From the NCBI GenBank assembly GCA_012026655.1, contig JAAILG010000874.1, positions 1-64,000 on the forward strand: a DNA stretch of 64,000 nt, written 5' to 3'. Positions 49,701 to 63,720 of this stretch are shown piece by piece. The notes beneath the pieces are model-generated. The model made no database searches. It saw nothing but the letters and a program-made list of their open reading frames with translations, and was not told where the DNA came from. The DNA comes from Hydrolagus affinis. Lineage: Eukaryota. Made by a program: the position numbers and the translations under genes. How positions within the stretch are numbered: position 1 is the stretch's first letter; every line of letters begins with the position of its first letter.

Positions 49701-49884
49701 TTTCAATCATCTCCAAACAGCAGTTTTGTTCTCTTGGTTTCATCATTTGCATTTGATCTATCTTTTCTCTAAGGTCACCCATTTACCGGCTGATAGGTAA
49801 AGCCATGGTCATCATGGTTCAGCGGTTCTGGACACAAAATCAATCAATAAAAGCACAACTCAAGGGTCTAATTTATGGTATTTA

Positions 49885-50293
49885 GAATAATATATAGCAT
49901 CTTTCACATCACGAGGTCATCTCAAAGTACTTTACAAGATTTTACGTACAGTGACCATGTATTTTGTAGGCAAAATCAGCAGCCAATCTATGCACAGCAA
50001 TGTTCAACAAACAGCCATTTTGTAACCAATTTTATTTGGAGGACTGTTGGCCAGCACACTGGAAGAAACTCTGTTTTCTTTTCAACCAGTACCATGGAGT
50101 TAGTTATGGCCACCTGAACAGGCATATAGAAACTCAGGCTTCGTTTTTATTATTGTCTGCAGGACAGCACCTGGCAATGCAGCACTCCCACCGCACTGAA
50201 TTGGAGTGTCAGTCCAGACTGTATGTTCAAATTCCCAACATGTGCCTTGAACCCATAACGTTCTGACTTAAGAGGCAAAAGCCAACTGAGCCA
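49885..50293 (-). mobile_element. Old SacSINE1/AmnSINE-like DeuSINE, near full length
   Basis: Minus strand reads tggctcagttgg...tgggttcaag...ctgacactccaattcagtgcggtgggagtgctgcattg...gctgtgcatagattggctgc...tgtaaagtactttgagatg. Confidence 0.8.
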
Positions 50294-51802
50294 GACTTTG
50301 TAACGTGATTCGGAATTCTAATCAACCTATAAGTACATTGTGTCAATCAACACTGCACACAGTAGGTTCATAGAGAAATGTATATATTTTTGGATATAAT
50401 GGAAATGAATCAAACTGGATTGGAGCACAAACCTATGAAGGGACTGTTTCTCTAACACAATAACAGAGTTCAAAACAGCCCATTGCCAAAGTTCAGGTGT
50501 TAGTGATATGTGAACTTCAAAAGGTAAATATAGCCAGAATTAATCCAATTTATTAAATCAATATTATACAAAGGGATCTCAGGATTTTCTCCAATTGACC
50601 TTATTCTGGGATAGATATCTGTTCGGAATCCTTCTTCTGGGTTCACATTCACATTTCCATTGCTTCTCACCCTTTAATTTTGTTGGAAGATGGACTGTTG
50701 TTAGATATCTCTTGATCATTGCAGAAAAATGGTACGTAACTGTTTCATAAAAATGGTCTTTCAGTTCTGAAGTGTGTCATTTATGTGTCATTTAGACCAC
50801 TTCCATCGTGATGTTTCTTTTCAGAAATGGAAGTGCTGGATTATTGTCTTGTTGTTGCTCACAGTGAAAACTAATGCATATATTACCAATGTGATAGTTA
50901 CTGAAACTAACCCATGAACTCACATTTCAACTGCTATTTCAGCTCAAAGTTTACGTTATTCATAATAAAGGATAGGTCTTGAGTTTTTTTTAGCAATATA
51001 GCATGTTGTCTCAAATGCTTCTTTAAACTCTGATTTCAAACGCAGGTGTTTAGGTTGCATTAATGAAAATCTCAGTCGTAACTGATAGTGATATGTTTCG
51101 TCATGTGTCAGAAATCCAACTGACGAAATGAAACCTTAGCTTTGTCAACATTGATTTGGTTTGTTGCTTTGAACTAATCTCTCTATCATAACCCCACCCT
51201 ACCCACTCTGTCACCCAACCGTAAATAGTTGCAAAACATCTTTTAATGTTATTTTCCTACAAAATATATTGCCTCAGCTTGACCAATGTCACTGTGTCAA
51301 CTTTGTATTTGGTGGCTATCAGAGCCGACTGAAGATGTAATGTGACTGATCTGGAAATCAATCATATGCTGAATACAGATTCAAAATCCAGGTCTAGTTC
51401 AGTTTGTTGTTCTATGTAGGCATTCATTTGTGCAAACAAATTGCCCTGTAAAATAAATAAATTATAGGAAAAACATTAAAAATGTCCAATTTGATAAAAA
51501 AAAACTTTATGTGATCCATCTTAAAAGGCATTCATTACAAAATAGATTTGCCCATAATCTTCCAAATTAAGTCTATTTTCCACAAATGTAGTTTGCAAAG
51601 GTTATTTATGAAATATTCAAATATTTTGAGACAAGCATGGCTCATAGACATGGCTTTTGTTTACAAATTGAAGGATTCATTTTCTCTGTATGTCAAATCA
51701 TTCAAAGTGGTCTCAGAATGAGATTTCCCATTCTATGAATGTATATTGAAAGAAAGATTCACTACACAAAGCTAATAGAGCAGAATAGACCTGTTAGCAA
51801 CA

Positions 51803-52112
51803 TAATAATAATCCTTGCATTTAATATAGCACTTTTCACATCTTCTAAATGTCTCAAAGCGGTTCACAGAATATACTGTAAAGTGAATTGACTGTATATT
51901 TGTGAGCGAAACATGGCAACCAATTGCGTACAGTAGTGTCCTTCAAACAGTCGTGGATTGAAATGACCAATTTATTATTAATTTATATTGACGGATTATT
52001 ATTAGGCATGTGGATTATGGAAATGTGCCCAAGGTTCCGCCCTCTGCCTGGATTTGAACACAGGTCTCACGCTTGTAACGCGAGTGCTCTAACCACTGAG
52101 CTACAGGGCTCC
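51803..52112 (-). mobile_element. Young tRNA/Deu SINE, full length
   Basis: Complete head, core and tail on minus. Confidence 0.95.
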
Positions 52113-53771
52113 ATCGGGCTTATAATAAAGCTTTGGCTACATAATGATCGAAGAACTTTGAAATGGTGACCTTCCCAGCAAAAGATAACAGAAAAATGAA
52201 TTCCGAATTTCTTTAAATTCAACATATTACATTACGTGAGATCATTGCACTATTTTAAATGCTGAATTTCAGAAAACAGCAGCAACACATACTAAAAGCC
52301 AACATGTATCATAGTCAGATTAATGGGAGACAAATAGCATAATGAGTGTTTTCTTCACAAAAAATTAAATAGTTTGGCTGTGTGACCCGAAAAGTATTTC
52401 ACCTCCAAAATACATAATCATTACACTTTACAGAGTATCTTTTGCAGTATTTAGAAACATCCTCCTGACATAAAGGGTTGAGTTATCAGATGTTTGAAAA
52501 ACATATTCATACTTCTATACAGTATATATGAATTTGCAATGTTTCTATGGAAGGCTCATGGTTTTTCCCTTTCTGAGCAACACTTTGCGAACATCGCAAG
52601 AGTACAGTTAGAAATTAGCACTTTAAAGGGAATGACAAGAGTACTTAAAGACCAATACAAGTACTGTAGTTGGAAAAAAGTATTAAATTACCATTAATGG
52701 AATTAATACATTGACAGCAATTAGTCGATCAAAATTCAATTTGGACTAATGATTCATCAATCTCAATTTGTCAAGCACATAGCTGCTTCATGTATATTCT
52801 CTGTCCTCACTCTTACTTTACTGTAGAAATCATGTATCACTCGAATTCCTTGGGTTTTTGTGTGACATTAATTGTATCCTAATTTAGGACAGTCTTTTGT
52901 GCCATGTTTTAATGCCAGATTACAGTTTGGGGCAATAATAATGTATGTCATGTAAAGCTTTAGAGGTATGTCATGGTGACTGAGGCAGCAGAGCAAGCAT
53001 AGAAAATTAAACTGAACAAACAATGGTGATTTTGTCACACTGGAGTAATATTGAGCTACAGTTTTGCCTGTCTTTATGTCGCATCTTTGCCCTTAATACT
53101 CTCAATTGTCATCCTTATACAATTGACCTTAACTTGGATCGGAAAAAAAAATCAGGAATATTGCAAAATAAAAATGAAGGGTGTAGCAGGAAATCTAAAG
53201 GTTTTTTTTAAAAACGAATCTCAGTTATGTGAAAAAAATTGTGCATATTTTGAAAGCTGATACAGACTTCCAGTACCGGGATAACATAACACTTTATTCT
53301 GCGAGCTTGCTTTACTTCCATCTACAAATCCAAATCATGCCAGATCCAAGTTTCAGTCCTCTTGAGTCGCAACCAAACTTTTCAGTATTTGGAACACAGA
53401 ATAACATTATGTCAATAATAAATTTCACGTGCACTAATCTTTACAAACTGGACATCTTTATCCATATGCCTCATCAAATATTTATTAAGCAATCCCACTC
53501 CAAAAGAAAATGTGCCAATCTCCTGCCAGTAAGGATTACAGTCAGATTGGAGCACTAATCCAAAACAGTTCAAATTATACTAAATTTGATTTCTTCAAAA
53601 GCAGCTGTAATTGTTCCAATTGAGCCCAAGTTGAGGTTTATTTTATTTTTGATGAAGTGTCACATGCGGAATTATAAAATGCTATATTACTTTGTAGTGG
53701 ATAGCAATATTGTTGCAATATTGTACTTCAATCCAGCCAAATAGTGCAGAGAGAAAAAAGAAGGAGAAACG

Positions 53772-53940
53772 AATAATAATAATCCTTAGCACTTTTCACG
53801 ACTTCTGGACGTCTCAAAGCGCTTCACAGAATATACAATAAAGTGAATTGACTGTATCTTAATGGGGGAAAAGTCATTTGGGCAAAGCAGTGTCCCACAA
53901 ATAGCTATGCGTGGACTGAAGTGACCAATTTATTATTATT
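53772..53940 (-). mobile_element. SINE 3' fragment
   Basis: Tail and partial Deu core. Confidence 0.85.
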
Positions 53941-56900
53941 TTTTAAATAGAAAGGAATGAAGGAATAACAGGGAGAAAATAGTTGTTTTAAAAAAAAGAT
54001 TATCTGTTAGGCTTTATTAAATAAAACTTTCCAAATATTTGAACAGCTTTATTGTTATAATGTTAGTATTTCTCAGCAAAATAGTGTGCACACTGGAAAA
54101 TTTGTGTGTGTATGTTCAGATCAAGCTTAGACTGCAATGCTCCCAACAAATAGGTTCAGAAATAAGCAAGATAACAAAGAATTATGCCCAAAGAGGCATT
54201 CAGAAGAGGAAAAGCAGAGAACATTTTAAGAACATAATTAAAAAAGAACAATACTAGAGATGGACCACATTAACTCCAAGGTGAACAAATTACTCCTGTG
54301 CCTATTTACACACGTATTCAACAATTCATTTGTAATAATTAGCACACACTTAGCATTCTTGGGCATCACACAAAATTGCCATATTTTAATTATGTGGCTT
54401 TGTAATTTTATTTATTTCAAAAAATGTTTTACACAAACAGGGTCTATAATATGAGCTGACTTGGTTGTATTCATTGGGAAGTCATTCAGGCGACTGCCTA
54501 TCAGGTCACTCCATGAAGTCGATATTAAAGGTAATTTATTCTCTTTCTTAAGTCCAAGTTGACACTGCAATAGGATTTGGAAGTTATTGTACAAAAGCTG
54601 TCATCAGAAGCAAAAGGTTGTGTACACCCTTCTGCCAGAAAAAGTGACAGCCTCAGTACATAACCTTCTGTTGCTTAATAATTTCATTAAAATCTGCAGT
54701 TTATTCTTTATGGAGCTTGTGCAGCTTGCACTTCAGAGTTACTAAATAAAAAAAAGTGTCTCACAGACAATTACTTCCCTGAATATATCAGAGAACTTAA
54801 TTTCCGTGATGACATTGATTGACTACACATAAGGGTGGGGGGAATATGAACTTCAGAGTAAACTGAATACATTAAGAGAAACTTAAACTTCAAATAGTAT
54901 AACTAACCACAGGCAGGACTTGGGAAATGAGAGAAAAGGCTACAAGGGTAATTAGAGATGGAGACTACGGAAAATGGACTGGGACACTTAACCACATATA
55001 AAATATTGAAAGTTTTACCAATATTATTTAGAGTGTAGGTAACATATCTGAATACTGTATATTTCTTTAAATACAAGAGTAATATACCAGAAGACACATG
55101 TTATATATGTCACGTTTAAATCAGGTGAATCCAGGTCCAGCACGAAGGCAACATGTTCAGCATTTCAACTAATACCATATCTGATGCAGTTATTGATCTA
55201 ATTATAATGAGTTTCCAGCATTTCAGAGACAGAGTAATTATACTCCATCGTCCAACTAGAGATGGAACAACTTCCTGTATATTGGGCGGGTGGGGTGCAG
55301 CAAAGACGCAGTAAACAGATGTTGTTACTCAGTTCACACTGAGAAATCTGTGAATTTGTGTGCACAAGAAGGCATTTTTCAGCACATTCAATGTTTTCTT
55401 ACATCAATGATTTCACAATTATTCTTACAAAATGTGTTCTCTCTAGAATATTTTTAGCAGCTTCTATACCCATTGCTCTCTGATCATAATGTTTTCTTGT
55501 AGTTTCTCTTGCTTCACATAAAATTGCCATTTGGTACAGTGCTGTACATTACACAGTGGCTCATTCCAAACAAGCACAGCCCAGCAAGTTTAATTCTTCC
55601 ATTCCTCTAGATTCCAGCAATGCATCCTGCACACTGAGTTAGAAATCTTTTATGATACAGTTGTCATGTCCAATTTAACCTTACAGTTTAAAGATACTGC
55701 AACTCACATGAAAATCTGCATCACCTTGACATATTGCAGTGAATTGGAAATTCAAAAAAATGCAAGAACTGTCAAACCAACTACACTAAAAGGCCAGACA
55801 GAAAGCCATCCTATGCAAATATATATAGATACAGTATTTATAATAAAAAAAGAAAATCTGAATAAGCTCGGCAAATTTGACATGTCAAAAATTGACAAGT
55901 GACACTTTTGATGCATTAATGGTGGAAAATATCTAGGAATAAAATAATCTGGATGATAGTGAAAGTTAGTAAAACTGCAGGGTTAACTATGGATTAGCAT
56001 GTCTGACAATAGTTAGCACTTCTATAACCTTCAGATCTGTGGAAGAGTAAGCCCAGTAGTATTAACTATAGGATGTACAATCACAGGTAGCTGGAAAGAC
56101 AGAAAGTATGCCTCAGCACAATGACAATTAAACTTCTATAGTTACATATAAATTATATATACAGTATATGTAAAAATCTCAACCTCAAAATTATCACTCC
56201 CATGTACAGTTTCCAGTACACCAGTATTTCTCCTTCTACTGCAATTTATTTAATTTGAAGGTGTTCAAAAAACAAATGTCAATGAGTGAACATTCATGAA
56301 AAACATCTGGGATTTAAACCAAATGCATCAATTTTATATCACAAACCAGAGCACTTTTAAAGTGTGATGGGGGTTGTGGTGAGGGGTAGGGGGTTAGGGA
56401 GAAAGTGATGAAAAAGAAGGGGCTAAGCTCTTAGAGGGTTAAATAAGCATACAGCCATTCAAAGAGTTTGAGCTCACATAAATAAATTATTTTAGAAACA
56501 AAAACTGACCAGTTTGGCTTTTCAATCAAAACCAACCCACCTCTGTGTTAAACAATATACTGTATATATATTTTTAAATGAGGAATGTGTTTAATATAAT
56601 GTTGCCTTTCGCCTGAAACAGAATGCAAAGTTATGCTGCGATTCTAAAAATTTAACAGTACAATATATTATGCAGATTGTTTATTTTCTAATTGGACGGG
56701 CATTCATAAAATTGTGTGTATTGACTTCAGAATGATTTACAGAGGAAAATTCTGAAAATAGTAAAAAGCAAATTAATCAAGCTTATACTTGTCAGTTCTG
56801 CACAACTATGATAAATGACAACATGGCCCTTGATGGATGCTGAATCAGCCAATAAATTGTTTGCAATAGTTTGTGTCCAGATATTTGCTGACCTTCAGTG

Positions 56901-58518
56901 TGTTCTTGACAGGCTCAGTTATCAAATTCCGGCAGTCCAGCCGATCTGCACATTAATTCAGCTCTCACGCTGTGTTGGCTTTTTGGATCCATAAGAAAGG
57001 GTAATCGGACAGGTCAGCCAGCGGTGCCACAATCTGTCAGTGCTGCTGTGACCCATCTGAAGAAAGATTTCTACCTGAACTTCAATTACTATCTTAAGAG
57101 ACAGGAACCCAGTTTCAATAGTTTGAAGCAAGTTATTCCCAGAATGTATTATTCAGGACAAAAAATATTTGGGGCAATTTACACTTTATGAATACAATCT
57201 GGCAAAGCAATTGTTTCCCACTGAATAGCAATTTTCCATTATTATTTTGAGGAACCTTCGGTAATATCAATGTGGAATTAGTGAAAGAAATATCCAGGAG
57301 AATTGATATTCTTTAGCCAACCAACACAATGCTTTTGTTAAGAAAAATGGCGATGTCTCGTGGGTGGTTGCAGCTGTAATGAACCTAATAACACTTCAAG
57401 AAAGTGTTGCAGAACAAAGCACGCAGCATCGTGTCTTCATATTAATCACAGAAAGTGACTTCTTTATAATGATGGAAGAGAACAGTTAATTTGGCAATCA
57501 GTCATTACTTTATTTTCCCCTGTGGCAAATTTGGTCATCGGATTCACGAACAAAAAATTGTCGGTACCATTTTAGAAACTGCATTCAGCGTAGGTGACCG
57601 GCAAATAGTCTGACATAGTCATCAGCACCTCCGGAAAATGCATAATTTTGTTTCAGTCAGGTCACCGGGTAAAAAAAATAATTTTGGTAGGCACCTCAAA
57701 CGACTCAGAGTGCTTCACAGAGTTTTCTGTCGCTGCCTGTTTTTAAAGGCAAATGGACTGCGTAAGGAAACAACTGCAAAATAAAAACATTTTCTTACAA
57801 AAGCAGCCACTACATTTAAAAAAAACTCTGCGAAGAACTCTGAGACGTTCTATATGTGATTAAGGCACTATTTAAAATCCTAGGGTTATTATTCGGAATG
57901 TGTTTAAAATTGACGAGAACACCCAATAAAGTATTATGGTATTCTTAGGCAGGAATGAAATTTAAAATTGACTTCCCAGTAGTTATAGAAATATATTTTT
58001 TTAAACTTTTAGGTCCAGGAACAAGGAAAAAATGTGATTGCCCCTGAAACCTAGAGCAGAACCAGTTATGATCCTGAAGATAAGATAGCAATTAATTACA
58101 TTAATGTAGTCTAATTGATATATGCAGATTAGAAGATACTGATAGTTTAATGAGCTGCTCAAATAAACCTCCTATTTTTATTAAGCTCGTCATTAGGGGA
58201 AAAATTAATTAATGGCACCAATTATACAACATTAAATCTGCAAAATATGTAAATTTAAGACAATTTCTTACCATATTACTTTTACAACTTAAACATGATT
58301 CTTACTAAACTGTGGACTATAATTTTGCACCACCAGCTGGATCTACTAGTGAATTATATTAAGATTCAACTTATCTAGAAAAGAAACCTCTTAAAAATGC
58401 ATGATTGGAAATTTCCATCATTACCAATTTTACAGCTCATTCGAATTAAATGTATCTTTTGTAAACTATTCTGCCGAAGAATCAAGTTTAAATCAACAAA
58501 GTTTAAATGCATGTTACA

Positions 58519-58630
58519 TAATGATAATAATCCTTGTGTTTGATATAGCTCTTTATCATGTCTTCTAGACGTCTCAAAGCGCTTCACAGAATATACTGCA
58601 AAGTGAATTGATTGTATATTTGTGGGCGAA
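58519..58630 (-). mobile_element. SINE 3' fragment
   Basis: Tail to gtgggcgaaa. Confidence 0.9.
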
Positions 58631-59127
58631 AGTTCCTATATTGACGAAGGAACTGTAACTGCAGTATTTCCATCTGTCATGTTGTTATCAAAAATATACA
58701 CTCTGCCAATTACTGAATCAAAAGGATATTACTGCCAAGTGTTAATAACCATCATGCTTTAACAGCAATGACATTTGGGTTTGGATTCATCTGTTTACTT
58801 ACCTTCCCATTAAAATGTAAAATAAAAATTTGGAACGTCAAAGCAGAAACAAGAAACCAAGAAAACAGATGCTGTAGTTGAGGTTTTTGTAATTGGACTG
58901 GATGGGAATCAATTCTCTACCCTTGGGCACACATAAACCCAAAGAAATAAACCTCAAAACATATTGAAATGACCAACATGCACACAAGCTGAAACTCACA
59001 GAATATATAATGTATAAAAATGTCTTCATTGATTATCCCAAAGCTCATTATACCAAAGCTACAAAAAATGTCTGCACTACAAAAGTACTGGAATACGATA
59101 GTTTACATTTCTGTCAATCATTGTGCA

Positions 59128-59240
59128 TTCACCCACAAAATATACAGTCAATTCACTTTACAGTATATTCTGTGAAACCTTTGAGATGTCTAGAATATGT
59201 GAAAAGTGCTTTATCAAACGCAAGGATTCTTATTATTATC
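59128..59240 (+). mobile_element. SINE 3' fragment
   Basis: cacccacaaaatatacagtcaattc...caaggattcttattatt. Confidence 0.9.
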
Positions 59241-59574
59241 ATAAGGTTTTTATATTTACGTTACTATGTTCTCACATTTAATTCAATGTTGCTGTAACCA
59301 TTGGAAAGATGTTGACAACTTTGAGAACACTAGATTAACAAAATGAAATCCATGTCTTTTCCGTCCCATGCCTCATTTCCTACAGCTTTGTACTGCCAGT
59401 GAAAGTGTATTTTTATTTATCATTGTCCGAAAAATTCACTGTACTGCAAAACATTATCCAGAGGAAAACATACATTCAAAAATATATTCAGAAATGGCAT
59501 TTGTTTCACTATTGTCACATGTCAACATCCATGTTTGTTTTGTACAAATTAGCATTTTGTATTGCTGTAGGAGG

Positions 59575-59858
59575 AATAATAATAATCCTTGCATTTGATA
59601 CAGCACTTTTCATGTCTTCTGGACATCTAAAGTGCTTCACAGAATATCTATAAAGTAAATTGACTGTATATTCGTGGGCAAAACACGGCAGCCAATTTCA
59701 TACAGGAGTGTCCTACAAACAGTCGGGGATTGAAATGACCAATTTTTTAATTTGGGGGGGAGGGATTATTATTAGGTGTGTGGAGTAAGGAAACGTGCCC
59801 AAGGTTTTGCCCTGACCTACCTGGATTTGAACACAGGTCACACTGAGCTATAGGACTC
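59575..59858 (-). mobile_element. Young tRNA/Deu SINE with deletion in head
   Basis: Tail, Deu core and both ends of the tRNA head are present. Confidence 0.92.
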
Positions 59859-60589
59859 TACAGAGTAGAAAGACCTAACAGAGGACAAAGAAAAACAATA
59901 TAACTGATCCACAAGAATGTAAAAGCTCAAAACAGATAGTCGCAATGAAACAAAGTGTACTTATCCTGCTCTACAACACTGGCGTTTAACTGGTTTATAA
60001 CCTGCTTACTCTGGGGGATCAATCGAACAAGATCTGAAAAATGCAATTCAATTCTTCACACCCCAGTAAATATCTTTAAACTTTTATTGTTTTGTTTTGA
60101 ACAGATGAATTTATAATCACACCAATAACCAGAATACAAAGTACGATTTTTCAACTTGTCAAACGAGAGGACGTTATGAACTTGTGAAAAAATGAAGAAA
60201 ACAAGAAAGGTGTCCAATCGATAGTCCAACACTGTCCCAAGAATGCCATATCTTGTGGAAATATAAAGCACAATTGCTATGGCAAAGTGAATTGCAAGAT
60301 AGTAATCCAATCGAGAGATTCCCAACATGTCATGAGACATAAGAGCAAGGCTCTCAAACAGTTGCCTCTGGTTCCTGTGAAAGACTTTTCATCTCATTCT
60401 TCACCCATTGTTATAGCTTTAATGCAATTCTCAAGCAGAAAAGCATCCAGTACTTTTTTTTAAAAGGAGGTATCATCAGGTAGAGTTTCAACAATGATTT
60501 TTTAGGTGGGGTGTGTGAGGGTGAGTGTTCCCCATATCCATTTATGCTCAATCAAATTATGTCTTATAGTTTTGCTCTTGCTATCTGCA

Positions 60590-60740
60590 TCGTATGGATG
60601 GTTATTTGGAGAGGACGGGCTTTGCGGGGTTACAGGGAGAGAGCCGGGGAGTGGAACTGACTTTGATTAGCTCTTTTCAAAAAGCCGGCACAGACTCGAT
60701 GGGCCAAATTTGTGCTGTAACATTCTATGATTCCATGATG
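60590..60740 (+). mobile_element. CR1-clade LINE 3' end
   Basis: ggggttacagggagagagccggggagtgg...gccggcacagactcgatgggcc...gtgctgtaacattctatgattccatg. Confidence 0.8.
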
Positions 60741-61950
60741 TAGCCTGGTTACACCTTCAATCATTTTCGCTCATCACTACAGTGTATACAACACAAGCTG
60801 ACTGGTGCTGGAGTGCTCATAGTCTCCATTTAAAATGCGAGATGGCATTTGACAATAAAAACACTTCTTGTGGATGATGGAAATGCTGCAATAAACACAA
60901 CATTACAGCCATGAAATAATTTAATTAAATTATGGTGCAAGTTGGCGGACTGTCTGTCTTTCATTTGTACTAATAAGGTCTCGAGGTAAATCAGCTCATG
61001 CGGGTAATGTTCCAAGATTTAAGAACATTCATTAGCTGGTCTTCCTTGCAAAGCAGCAGGTTGTACCTGACCAAACTATTTAATAACACACACTAAAGTG
61101 TTGCATGTAAGGTGAAGGATTCTATCAGCATACATTTGTCAAAATAGAACAAGTGTAAACCTAACAAGTCAATACTTTCACCAGCTTCCTGAAAAGAGAG
61201 GCAATGTTTTTTATTTAATTATTTAGTTGCAGTGATTTTTCTACCAATGTTTTTGAGCATTGTGAAAACACAGCCAACCTTGATGTGTGTGGCAAATTGT
61301 GCAAAATCATTGAATCAATGAGTTGAAAAAAAAATTCCAAGGAGCTGAATGATGAGCCTAGGTTCATGAGGGGAAACTTTCCGCGATGAAGAAATGCGAG
61401 TTGTTTAACATTCCTACATTGTCATCCAGTGATATAGTATCATAAAAAGACACCTTTGGATGTTTTTTACACATGGGTAAATGCTGAAGTACACACCATG
61501 GAGTCGAGTCTAATTAAAACAATGGATTTAAATTTTACAGAGTTCTGAGTCCCATCTCTGACCACATTAGCCATTCCAGAGGTTGTTAGCATGTCCTTGG
61601 AGCCTTGCATGAGCTTGATGTGCTGCCATACACCAGTAGTTTCAGTAACTGCAATTCTGTTGAAGGCTGATAATCAGACACAAAAGTTACAAGGGAGATT
61701 AAAAAGAAATAGAAGTCTGTATTATGTTTTCATTCTGAAAACACATAGCCATAACTGAAACCCGGGGAGATATCAAGCCAGGAGTATTTAAAAAAATCTT
61801 ACACCACCTAATTCCACCACTTTTAAGAGTGATATTTCATTGAAACCATAGATAAAGCGTAATTTTACATATTGTTGAACGTATACATTCTGTTTGCACA
61901 TTAAGTGCAGTGAGAGTAAGTGCATAGATATGGTGACTATGACACCCTAT

Positions 61951-62873
61951 GACATTGAGTACTGGACAAGGGCAAATTTCCTACAACTCAACGTCAACAA
62001 GATGGAAGCCCTTCTGATTGGCTCACGTCAGCGCCTTTGCACCTCAGGCGCTGACAACATCAGCGTTCAAGGCTGCTCTCTTCACCTCTCGAAGCCAATC
62101 AGGAATCTGGGCATCTTGTTCGACCCTGAACTATCCTTCCTCGCCCACATCTGCTCCATGACCAGCACAGCCTTCCATCACTTCTGCAATATTGCCAGAC
62201 TCCGTCACTACCTCAACCCCCACGCCGCCGAAACTCTCATCCACGCTTTCATCACTTCCAGGCTCGACTACAGGAATTCTCTCCTCATCGGCCTCCCCAG
62301 CTCCTCCCTTTACAGGCTGCAGAACATTCAGAACTCTGCAGCTCGTGTACTCTCCCGCACCAGACTTTACGATCACATCACTCCCACCCTCGCCCGTCTC
62401 CACTGGCTCCCCGTCACCCAGAGGATCGAATTCAAGATCCTTGTTCTCACTTTCAAGGCCATTCACGGGCTTGCCCTGCCTATCTCTTTGACCTACTGTC
62501 TCCCAATCAACCCGCCCATCCCCTCCGTTCAGCAAACTCAGGCCTGCTCCGCATCCACCGCCCGAACCGCCCAACCATCAGCGGCCAGGCTTTCAGCCGC
62601 TCTGGTCTCACACTGTGGAACTCCATCCCGCAGCCCCTCCGCCTTGCTTCCTCCCTTTCCTCTTTCAAGGCTAGTCTCAAGAACTTCCTCTTCGACCGCG
62701 CCTTCGGCTGCCCACTAACTCTTCCCCCTCTCCCACTCTCCTTCCCCTTCCCCCTATCCCAACCCTCCCTCCCCCGCCCCCGCTCAGGTCCCGACCTGAC
62801 TGTTCAGCACTTTGGGACGTCATTCCGATGTGAAAGGCTTTATATAAGTACAATTTTGTTGTTGTTGTTGTTG
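61951..62873 (+). mobile_element. 5'-truncated young L2-clade LINE (ORF2 C-terminus + 3' UTR)
   Basis: ORF 61894-62718 contains NFLQLNVNK, NLGILFD, LIHAFITSRLDY.NSLL and LHWLPVTQRIEFKIL. One frameshift near 62476. (GTT)n tail. Confidence 0.96.
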
Positions 62874-63419
62874 ACTGTCTCTCTAGTGACTTTTGGGTAT
62901 ATGAATGATGCCTTTTCAAGCTTATTACTCCATATTAATTGCATGCATGCTGGTGATTGCTTGAAATGGATTTACATAAAATCCCAATTATATTCGGCTG
63001 TGGTTGCAAGCTTGTGCGGGTGGTCGGAGGGGCACGGGGAAATGTATGAAGATCAACATTGTTGGGGCCCACAACACAACCCAATACCCAGCTGGCTGGC
63101 ACTGTAGCACCACAAAGCACTCATTATCTTCCCCCAATTGCAAAACCTGGCTCTGCCACTGACACATTGACTCATTAAGTCTGTTGGATTTCTTGGAGAG
63201 TGGGTGAGAATGTTTCATACTTGGAGATCAACACATTTAATAAGGTTCTTCATTCTGCAAATATCAATGCAATTGCCGATCTTGAGGAATTGCCGATTCA
63301 GGATTAGAGCAATTGTTTGGCACTTGTAGTATGAATGGTTTCAATTCCCTTAATTTATGATCAAGTGTTATGTTTTCACAGTAAAGACAGATGGAGGCCT
63401 TGGAGTAGATAGATGATAT

Positions 63420-63720
63420 TCCTTCCATGTGATAAAGTGCCTCATCGCATCAAAAGCATCTCTAAGCGCTTCGCACAGTTTTCTGTAAGTTTAGTGATTG
63501 GACACTTGTAGGAAAACTCAATAGCCAATTTATGTACAACCATTTTCCATAAACAACTATGAAGTGAATGGCCAATTTATTACCTGGGTGATTGTCGGCC
63601 AGTTTCCAGGAAAAACTACCTCAGTTTTGTGTCAAATCTGAAGGACAGAATGTCGAATTCAGCGCTCCTTAACTATTACTATGAATTCCATATGCTTAGT
63701 ATCTGAGATGGACAAGTGTA
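63420..63720 (-). mobile_element. Degenerate old DeuSINE
   Basis: ctctaagcgcttc...tagccaatttatgtacaac...ggccagtttccagga...tctgaaggacag, collinear with 49885-50293. Confidence 0.55.

Noticed and set aside
51096-51136. tttcgtca/tgacgaaa inverted repeat with CTGACGA
   Set aside because: No stem II between the core and GAAA, and an 8-bp IR is expected by chance.
60106-60209. Strong plus-strand acceptor (ttttgttttgaacag) and minus ORF 60056-60340
   Set aside because: All plus frames close quickly and neither peptide resembles a family I recognise.
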